In this document: piece by piece, positions 1 to 64,000 of the stretch
How the letters are laid out: every line of letters starts with the position of its first letter
How positions within the stretch are numbered: position 1 is the stretch's first letter
NCBI RefSeq assembly: GCF_006345805.1
Contig: NC_043000.1
Location: 69,006,001-69,070,000 of the forward strand
DNA length: 64,000 bases
Source: Octopus sinensis
Taxonomy: Eukaryota
Direction: 5' to 3'
Program-made: the position numbers and the translations under genes
Notes under the pieces: generated by a model
Told to the model about the DNA's origin: nothing
Database searches by the model: none
Seen by the model: only the letters and a program-made list of their open reading frames with translations

Positions 1-419
1 GGGTGGCTACTGACATTAAGCTTAAGGATTATATAGTGTACAAGTATAAAGAAAGAATTAAAGGAAAAAGGACTCATTATATTGAATGTTATCGATTATA
101 TCAAGTGGAAATAGTGGGTGCTGCAGTTCTGCAGTGCCTATATACGAACCGCCACTGATTGGTTGTCGCATTTTACTGCTTTTCCTGCATTTCTGTCCCT
201 TTTGTGTGGCAGGTATTAGGTTGATATTTTCTGTTCCTGGATTGCAAACGCATACCCTTCAAAGTGAGAGGTAGTAATCAGGCTGTTGGTTCATGATAGA
301 CTGCTTTGATGATCAATACTACTATCATGCCGGTACTTTCTACTAACATATCCATTCTGCTCATACACGCTCATCCATTCATCTGATACGTTGCGGTAGA
401 GTCTTGCATGTATTTAAGG

Positions 420-2250
420 TTATGTGGTGGAAGAAAGACCGGAAGGCGATGCGTGAGATGATGTCACGTCGGCGGGTGAGAAGAAAAGTTTCCCTCTTCA
501 TCACCCCAGTTCACTCCTTCTGCTCGCCTTTAGACATAGCTACATGCTGTTCGGAGACACCAACTTCCCAAACACTGAAAACAGCACTCGTCTATTCATA
601 TTCCGATTTAGATCTGACATCTCCTTTCCTCTGTGAAACACAAGCCTACCCACTTCGTCTCTTTTGTGCCTGATCCCCAGCGCCGTACCTCCTTCTATAG
701 TCTCTGGCGGTTTTATTGTCAGCCTGAACTTCCTAAGATGATCCACGATTCCTTCTGCCGATGCCACATTCTCACCTATCAAGATATCGTCGATATCAGC
801 TGGTAGTCTGCTCTACTTTGGCGCTTTACCCAAAACCGCCTTGAGGATCTTTGCCATGATCTGCGGCGTCGAACTCAAGCCGAAACCCAGTTAAGTCAAG
901 CATTACGTTCTGCCCCTGTATCTCACTAGTTGGTACTCCTACAAATTCTCTGATACATGGAGCTGCAGATAAGCGACTTGTGATCGACGATTGTAACCGC
1001 TTCCCTCATTCGCCTTCACTCACGAAGGATTTCTCCACATACGTCTGCTGCCTCGCCACCCATATGACAGAACACATATTCGTTCAATTCCCTGAAGTCT
1101 AGCACCGGTCAAACCTTATTTTTTGTCGGCTCAACCATGAACAGCAGCACACCGCCCATCGTTTCCTCACTCCATGGCATCTGAATGCCCTCCTCTATCC
1201 ACCTGTTCACCTTTGTCTCGAACTCAAACCAGGCTTCTCCTTTCAGTGTGTGCTTGTAGCAGCTCACCCTGTTTCTCAGTAGAGGTTATTCCGAGTGGGG
1301 TAGCAGCGGTTTGCCGGCTGGAGGGTACTGAACTAAGGAGGCTGTACAACATGGGGGTCGACAGGATGTTGTTTTTGGCTAGGACAGTCGACCCCGATGT
1401 TATCAGGGAGAGCGTTCAGAGGATAGTAGAGAATTGCAACAGGTGCCAATCGATCAATCCTGCCCCGAGCACACACGAACCAGGAAAGATTTAGATAGAG
1501 GAGGACTGGAAGTGGCGCACAAGACGCTTCTTCCGAGCTGCATACAGGCCAGGTGGAAACGGGATTATGGAAGGGCACCACCGTAGGATTAAAGTCATGG
1601 CTGAGTGGGGACGAATCTTCCCAATGGAGGCAGTCTTTTGGTACAATATGTCGCCCAGGGTAGGGAAAGCCGAAGAATCAGTCCCGCACAGGGCCATATT
1701 CGAGTACAAATGGAAACACCTGAGCGTGGTACCGCAGCAGCTAGAGATTTGAAGGGATTACACCTGAGCAAGTTAGAGATGAAGTGTAGGTGAAGCTTCT
1801 GAACGCACGGTGCACAAAGCAGTGGGAAAAGGAAAGGTGACCGCGATCAGCACTCTGAATAGTGTATCAGTAGATGGAATGCTGCGTCAAGTCTTGGATA
1901 TTCGAAGGGTGGTTAGCTCTTCTGATGACGAAGGGGAGGGAGGTGGCTCCATGACCCTACGGAGATCTCTAAGGGAATGTCGACCCCACCCTCACGTGGA
2001 TAGACAATTACGAGACAGAATAGGGGAGCAGTGATCTTTAGATCAGGGAGTCGTATGAGGGAGGAAGACTGGAAGGGGGGAGAGATGACGTCACGTCGGC
2101 GAGAGAGAAGAAAAATTTCCGTCTTTTTCATGCTATTTGAGACAAAGGCGAAACGTGGCGACAGAGAGGTCGTGACGACATGTGTTAAGAACTGAACAAT
2201 CTGCAAGTCGAGGTAAGAACGACTTTATTTACGTGCCTTCAAACCACAGG
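420..2250. mobile_element. Rearranged Gypsy/Ty3-type LTR retrotransposon relic: partial LTR (+, ~420-493), RT (-, ~494-1290), integrase (+, ~1285-2030), LTR-like segment (+, ~2050-2250)
   Basis: Minus strand reads ...VLDFRELNEY...LGFGLSSTPQIM...DIDDILIGE...; plus strand reads GVDRMLFLAR...CNRCQSINPAP (zinc-binding region) and GNGIMEGHHRRIK...AVFWYN (integrase core). The motif gagatga(t/c)gtcacgtcggcg...gagaagaaaa occurs at ~457 and ~2082. Confidence 0.8.
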
Positions 2251-2339
2251 TTATCAGACAAGAAATGTTGCTCAAAGCGCTGCCTTCCAAGTCTTATGAT
2301 GTTGCCATTCTTGGTCAATGAATGCACTTCGACACTAGG

Positions 2340-2560
2340 TGGTTAAAAGATATTACCGAAGGGATATGATACGACAGTCAAAGGCAGTTTGGATTGATGT
2401 CAAGCTTCTGCCGCCTTGTTTCCATTTTAGGTAAAGGCGATCTATGTCACTGTTGATGGGAAATTATGTGTACTTGTTAGTATCTTCCGGATTTTCATAT
2501 CAATGGCTCGGATCTCAGGCGTCCAACCAAGCAACCTAAATGTTAGAGAAAGGTTTTATT
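2340..2560 (-). mobile_element. R4/Dong-like non-LTR retrotransposon RT C-terminal fragment
   Basis: Frameshifted minus-strand translation ...GWTPEIRAIDMKIRKILTS... / ...SDIDRLYLKWKQGGRSLTSIQTAFDCRI resembles the SDVDRLYLPRxxGGRGL motif. Confidence 0.55.
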
Positions 2561-3869
2561 TAGATGTTAACATGTGGGTTGCAGAGTGTGTGTCTGTGTG
2601 TTCGCCATAAGTACATATATAATAATAACAATAATAATAGACAATAGACAGGCCGTCATGCATACAATAAAGTGTGTGTGTTAGCAGAGTGTGTCTGTGT
2701 GTGCGCTATAAATACATATATAATAAGAATAGTAATAGACAGTGGACAGTCTGTCAAGCATACATAATGTGTAAGTGTGTACAAACAAGGTGTATGCGTG
2801 TGGGATAAAATACAGAGCATAGAAATGAGTCTATCAGGACGCTTGAAGAGATTAGACACAAGATGAAGGTAAATACCAGTTCGTAGTAATGAACGCAATA
2901 GTTGTAGTTCTGTAACAATGAGGTTGAGGTCACAAGGCAGAGCCGGTTGAAACTCATGTCGAGTAAGCGGTTGTGGCTGCTATGCTGTGCTGGGTTACTT
3001 GGTACAGAAGGTTATCGCAGGTAGACTTGCTGTTAACCTTGGTGAGTATTCACAAACAGCATGAAGTTAAACCTAGGCGATTGTTGCTGTGTACGTAGAG
3101 ATGTTGGCGACGGTGGTGGAGATGACGTTAAGATAAAGGCTGGAACTGGCTGTGCTCTGTGGTCAGTGGTGAGAACCAAAGACGCGCGATTCAATGAATC
3201 ACTGGGTTTTATAACAAACCAGAGGCTCAAATGACCTTTAGAAAAACAGTGTCACGGGACTTTATCAGAAGGCTGCGATTTGTTGGGTCGCACATTGGCG
3301 CGAAATAAAGCAAAAGACAAACTGCACCAAAACCAACCAATCGGAGTAGTGGACACAACTGGGCCTAAGCGGCTAAAGGCTAACTGTTATCTTCTACGTC
3401 CGTATTTGTGTTATATATGTCAGAGAGAGAGAGGATTTCACTAAGGGTCCGCTACATATTTATGTATGTATGTATGTATACTTAAAACCAATAATTACCG
3501 TTGGTTCAACAAATTCACGTTTATATCATAAACACCAAATTTAAAATATTGTTGAAGTCTATGTACACGACCAAACTCTTGAATGTAGTGCCCCGACATA
3601 GTTGCAATCTAGCTAGTGGTAAAAGACTAAATGAATTAAAATATAAAAATACCATAGCTTAATTGAATCTATTTATATCATTATAATTGCAACAATTACT
3701 TCATGGTAGTCACAAAAATGCTTGACATAACTTTTTAGTCGAATGACAGCAGCACTGCTTCCACCACCTTAATTGCGAGCGGCCAATCTCACTCAGCATA
3801 GAGAAACATCAAACAGCACCAACACTTACATCACCACAGTTGTCATGACTTAACGACCGGGGAAGAAAA

Positions 3870-5230
3870 ACCATTGTATGGGCAATATTCCAAATGAGCC
3901 GGGGAAACTGATGTAGATATGAGAACCCTTCTGTATCGATATATGCAGATGACATTACCGTAAAGTTATTGGAAACCATAGAAATCAAAATGATCGGCAC
4001 CTTTCTAAAGAGGAATTCTCACAGGGGCAAAGACTAATATGTCGATAAGCTTGTCACTCGGTACCTGGAAAGGCAGACCCGTGCCGTTGGCCGCTGAACG
4101 AACAGTCAGTTAAGTTGCTTGGAGTTTGATTGTCTGGATCTCCAAACAGATAAAAACGAGATGCGTAAAAAGGAGGTTACGAGCAGGGTGGCCAGGTTCA
4201 CCCAGAAATGAGCTGAAAGGATGGTATCCTTGAAAAGCAGAGGTGGCGACGCATATCTCGCATCCGTTACATATAGCCACTTGACTGCAGCACATTGCCC
4301 TAGTGCTTGCCTTGGAGGGTCTACACTTCCAATTATTGTGGAAGGGACGCGTCCCACTGGTCTATTTGCTGTCAAGATTCTCTGCACAAATGTTATTGAT
4401 GTTGCAATACAGGTATTGCATTGATGATGCAGCATCTGCAGCTTTCCTATACGATGAGATGTGCTCGCTTTTTATTAGGTATGTCTTTTCAGAGCTAATC
4501 CCCTTGATGGAGATGTAGTCCTGTATCAAACGAAGACCAAAGCTGGGAGCTTTGTATCTGAAATGTTGTTAGGCACTCACAAACTTTTATAAATCGGGCG
4601 ATACGGTTGGTGAAACTTGCAGATTGGCAATCTATAGAGTAGTTGTTAGGAAAAATGACAATGCTTTCAGGGAAACTCTAGATGTTGTCGAGAATTAACT
4701 GGTTGGCCTATTTCGGGCCAGGAACGATGAAAAATTGCCAGAAATCCTGGCTTGGCAATGCTACTGGGGGAGATGATATGAAATGCTGTCATCTGGGGAC
4801 CTGTCCAAGGTACATGCGGAGCATTAAGTTTTGCACTCATACTTTCAGTGTCCAAGTATCACTGATTTATGGAGTTTTGTTGAACAGCTGTTGTTGCGAA
4901 ATAGGATCAGGCTAATAACCGAGCGAAAAGTAATCCGCTGCCTTCCTTTGTCTGGTGATTATGACACAAGAGATTGCGTAGTGGACGAGAATAAAGACAC
5001 CACTTTTCGGCTACACTTTTATCAATTTCTTAAGTTTCACTTGGAGAGGAAAGCGAGTAGAGGGGTATGTACTGCCATTCCTATAAATCCTTTGGAAGGT
5101 GGGTGAAAGAAGCGAATATTTGTAAAAGAGCCTCTTCTGAGCATGTATTTATCGGTCGAGAGACGACAGTCTGATGACGGCGAACAAGCCGAACTTCGGA
5201 GTCGCAGTCAATATTTTCCTAATAAAAATA
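3870..5230 (+). mobile_element. Degraded Tx1/L1-clade non-LTR retrotransposon, ORF2 3' part and putative 3' UTR
   Basis: VSIYADDITV (YADD at 3942-3953), TWKGRPVP...VKLLGV, FQLLWKGRVPLV, SICCQ and HSYFQCPSITDLWSFVEQLL (zinc-finger-like C-terminus), all frameshifted; stop at 5104-5106; AATAAA at 5221. Confidence 0.75.
5165..5209 (+). ncRNA. Degenerate minimal type I hammerhead-ribozyme-like fold
   Basis: gacagt-CTGATGA-c-GGC(gaacaa)GCC-GA[A missing]-ACT(tcgg)AGT-C-gcagtc: stems I, II and III and a GUC triplet are present; GAAA lacks one A. Confidence 0.5.
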
Positions 5231-5727
5231 TGTACTCTACTAAAAAGTTTTGAGTAATCCTTCAGCTTCAAGCTAATTTTTTTTTATATACAACTTAACA
5301 TATACACAAACATCAATGCACACATATGACCATTTACATGTATATATACATGCGCGTGATTGAAGTATGGTACTGAATATCCAGTATAAGTTCAGGTGTG
5401 ATATACTGAATTCTGTACGCATAATTTTTTACTTAGTAAACGTTTCTTTCAAGTAAGATTTTAAAAACTTAACAGCAACTGCTGTCAATTCAGAGAAATA
5501 GCGATGTTTATAGCAAAGGGAGATTAACAAGAACGTTTAGTGACGGTGATGGGTTTAAAGTTCACCCGATAATTTTTCTGCCACGATTACACAATCATTA
5601 AAAGCAGCAGCAGGGAGTTGTCACTGGATTTATTTCGTGACAAAAGCACTCCTCCACGTTCACATTCGGTATCTAACGACACGGAACGTCACTTAGTTAT
5701 TTTCGATAAATCAACAGCAACCACAAC

Positions 5728-60041
<54,314 letters not shown>

Positions 60042-60533
60042 GTTTGAGTCAACCAAAAGCCTTCACTCAATAGCTTCTGCTTCTTTATTTTCTACCCTTT
60101 AACATTCAGGACATCTGTATGGATTCAGCTATGAAAAATATTACTTTATCTTGCTAGCAATACAATGTTTATCTTAATCACTCATCCTCTCACCGTTTTT
60201 AAATTTAATTTTTTTTTCTAGACAAACATGTGTATTTATATATATGTGTAAAAAAAAGCACTACTACGATATATGTTTGAATATTTTTTATTTATGTATG
60301 CAATTGGTTCATCTAATTTGGCTTTTCTGGTTTTTTAATCAAATGTAATCCCTTGCTCAAATCTTGAAATAACTCATGTTTTAACATTTAAATTTATGAG
60401 GATAAATTGGTACTTTTAATATTTAAAAAATTAGTGAATTTTGATGTTTTATGATTAAATAATACTATTTAGAAAATGAAATTTCAAAAAAAAAAAATTC
60501 AGTTTACAAATTAATTTTTAAAAGGAATATTAA

Positions 60534-60539
60534 AATAAA
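60534..60539 (+). promoter_or_regulatory. Candidate polyadenylation signal AATAAA for PCYT2
   Basis: An AATAAA ~500 nt after the stop codon; the region is very AT-rich, so it may be chance. Confidence 0.2.
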
Positions 60540-62628
60540 AAATAGTATTTAATATTATATTTAATGGTTTAATATTATATGATATTTGATATAATATTTA
60601 AATATGATATTTAAGGCTACATTAACATTATTTATGTAATATTTTTGTTTAAATTATGTGATGAATGAAATTAGTTACATTAGTTACATATTTCAAAGAT
60701 CAGACTATATTTGGCAAAATTCTATTTGCTATTTAAGTATAAAGTGTATTTATATGACATGGAAAGATATTCAAAGTATATGTTCAAATTTTCTTATTTA
60801 TCTTTTCCTTCTTGCTTAATGTGTATTTTTGTATGCATACAAGCAAGAACTTCTATTTATTTTTCTAAAAAAATTTTTAATAAGAGATTTAATCCTTTCA
60901 GCTAATGAACAAAAATAATTAATGTCATTTTGATCACATATTTCTAGGACTGTTATAACTGGTATTTGTTCATCACATTCTTAATTGATGTTTACAATAT
61001 GTATAGCACATAAATTTTCCTCAGATCATCCATCTCACTACCACTTGGCTCAGCAAGACCCAATGCTGAATGGTTTCAACATCAACTTATTGTTCAGACT
61101 TCCAAAATTAAACATAATACTTACATTCATAAACATATGTAGTATATAGTTGTTAAACTAAATTTGCAATTTTCAAGGCATCTTTTCAAAACTAATGATT
61201 CTCTAGGATTTAAAATATTTTTGCAGTTTAAATGATAGAATTATATATCATATAAAATGCTTGTAATTCAGAAAGTGTTTTAAAAATATGATTAATTTTG
61301 AGTGTGTCGAAATAGCTTTGGTTATTTATCCATAAGATAATTAAATTGTAGATTACTTTCAAAACTAAACAACAAAGATTTCCACTATCTTTTTAACAGA
61401 TTAGGATTAAGATATAACATTTATGGAGAGAGGAAATATTATGATGCCCATTCAATATTAGTATAATAATACTATCATTTTTTTTTATTAAATCAGCTTA
61501 ATATAATAATTATACTGTTGTTTTATCAAAACACATCTTAAAAATCCACTGGGGCTCAAGAGCTGATGAATTAAACATACTAACAACTATCATTATATTT
61601 CATCTTCAAAGGATTGTGCTGCCAAAGTGAAATAAAGTGGCTTTAACTGATGAGACCAGACAACATTCAGCTTGTCTCTTTTTCTGTAATGCTCCTATCC
61701 TTGAAATAGACTTTAAATAAGAATGAATATGTTTGTTTATCACTATTTTTGTAGAAGATTCTAGAATCAGACTTTCCTGCCATTGCACTATACAATTGGA
61801 ATCAATACAAGTTTACTAGTTTCAACAATATTATAAAATATAAATGCTTTTATTAAATGTCTTAATTTTTAAATAACTTTATTTCCAGTTTTAATTTTTT
61901 TTTTATTTCTATGATTGGAACTGTTCAGTTGTTTCCTTTCAGCTTGACCCCTAATTTTTGCATACATAAGCTTAACCCTCAACTCTTACATACATTCTTT
62001 GTTTCTAATTCATTAACATTAAATATAGAAACTAACCAATAGATCTCATAAAGACCTCAATGCAGTTTCTACCAATTTTTAAATGAGTTTTCTGTACCTA
62101 ATTGCTAAATGTCATTGAGTATATCCGTTAAGAATATTGAAATCTACTTTACTATTAAGATTGTAATAAAGACCAGGCTAAGCTATATAAGAACAGGATC
62201 CTTGAAGATGATTTCAAAATGGACTAATTAAGACATACTGTTGAACATAGAGACACACATAAGATGACATTGATAGTCTGGGAATCTTCAACCAGTCTAT
62301 AAATAATTTTTGTTGGTTCTAAACACTTTCTTCTTTCTAAAATTCCATATTCCTATCCCGTCCCATATATTCAAACTCTTTGTAATAAACAAGGTTTCAT
62401 GTATTTTACTTCATGCTTTTCTTTCACCCAGTGGTCATTCAATATCAGGACTACAACACCATTATAAATTATGAAATTAGCTTAATCTAATTATACAGTT
62501 TTATAAATATACATTGAAAATCCACTGGAGCTCAAAAGTTGAAGAGTTGAATTATTCACTTCAACTTCATCATTACAGACTATTTCATATGCAAATGTTT
62601 TCGATGCCTTATCAAATTTTTGTGAAAT

Positions 62629-62665
<37 letters not shown>

Positions 62666-64000
62666 ATATATATACACAAACACACTCACACACATGCATA
62701 CAGATATGTGTATTTTATTTACATTATCCATAAAAATCTATAAATCTGACTTGGAGACCACCTGTTTAAAAGGTAATCAAAATTTTGTCTCTGTATATTG
62801 AACAGCTTGATTGCTCTAAATCTGTCATGTTTTGAGCTTTGTGTATGTTTTTTTCCATCAGAAACTATATTGTCTCAAATTACCATTTTCCATTGAAAAT
62901 ATTATAATTCATGTAAAATACTAATTCTTTCAAAAATATTCAATTTGTTAATAATAAATGTCCTTTATTTCTCCTTTTAAGAAATTGAAATGTAAAGTTT
63001 CTTTTTTTATTTCGACTCATTAGATTTTTTTTTTAATATGAATGTTTATTTTTTAATATTTTAATTGAAAAATAAGCAATAAATTTTTCTCCAATTTTTA
63101 ACTCATTTAATCAAGCTCAACGTGGGAAATTTTTAAGGAATATATTTCTGTAATATAAACTGGTGAATTTTTAAAAATTAAATCTGGCCCCTAGAAAATG
63201 TTAATGATGCACTAGAATTATTTAGTTTTAGCTTTATAAGTCATTGAATTGTTCTTTAATGATTACTTTCTCTAATTTCAGAATATAATTTCATTTATTC
63301 TTTTATTTTTACTAGTTTATCAGTTAGACTGCAGCACTGCATTTAAGGGTTTTGTCCAATCATAAATCATTTCGCCTACATTGTATTTAACAAGTACACT
63401 GTGATAAGCTAAGTTTTCTTCAAAAAAATTATGTAAGATGTTTTATATGTTTAACTAGGCTCTACATCTTAGAATTAGCCTTTTCAGTTACCTTAATGTA
63501 ATGGTTAAATTTAGTTGTAAATTTCTTTTAAATTTTGAAATTATTTCTTCTGTATCTAGATGTGAATATGAGACATAATAAGTATTTATTTTATTTATTT
63601 ATCAATCATATTGATCTAAAATTGTTTGTTTGTAATTTTGTTTTGCACTAACTTACCTCACTATATTAAATTTTTGATTTTTAACTATTTCATTTTTACA
63701 ATTTGAGTTTGATTTTAAACTTTTACCCCCTCCTAGTTGAAGTTATCACTACTAGTTCCATAATAGTTAAAACTCCATCTCTGTGTTTGATAGTGTTGTT
63801 AGGAATGTTAAAATTTTCCCTTCTCCCACTATATTATCTCAAAACAATTCTGGTGCAATACCAATAGTTTTTTTTTGTTTTATTTTTAATTAAAACAAGG
63901 TTGACTATGTAACAAAAAAAGTTTGTTATGGTTGTTTACTGTTTACCCATTTTTAACATTGTTATTGTCTTAAATTATATAAATTTGGAAATAAATTCTG

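Noticed and set aside
1922-1928. Other CTGATGA hits (1922, 61563, 61647 and the reverse complement at ~44514) as hammerheads
   Set aside because: No convincing stem II, GAAA, stem III and NUH arrangement follows.
5230-5727. Core promoter elements or a divergent gene upstream of PCYT2
   Set aside because: The promoter is probably here, but I could not support a specific TATA/Inr element, a TSS or a minus-strand first exon from sequence alone.

Overview
AT-rich, repeat-dense animal genomic DNA. The SINE, RTE and microsatellite content suggests an octopus or other coleoid cephalopod, which is an inference. The window holds one complete protein-coding gene on the + strand: ethanolamine-phosphate cytidylyltransferase (PCYT2 orthologue). 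I assembled it by hand from 15 coding exons (5728-60041; 1083 nt; 360 aa plus stop). Its intron 9 is a minor-spliceosome U12 AT-AC intron (45408-48719). The rest is intronic or upstream mobile-element debris: a rearranged Gypsy, Tx1/L1, R4-like and CRE-like relics, two long inverted RTE LINEs with a PHD-like finger inside the RT, an AcademX-type DNA transposon with long TIRs and a 3-bp TSD, mariner and Tc1 elements, Penelope-type relics and many tRNA-derived SINEs. The most unusual signal is a set of minimal type I hammerhead-ribozyme folds. Two loci (34872-35352 and 41016-41718) look like ~335-357-bp retrozyme-like repeat units. They share a ~75-nt domain and a ~130-nt hairpin capped by the hammerhead, and the hairpin structure is conserved while its sequence is not. 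Everything was read by eye; no searches or folding programs were run.
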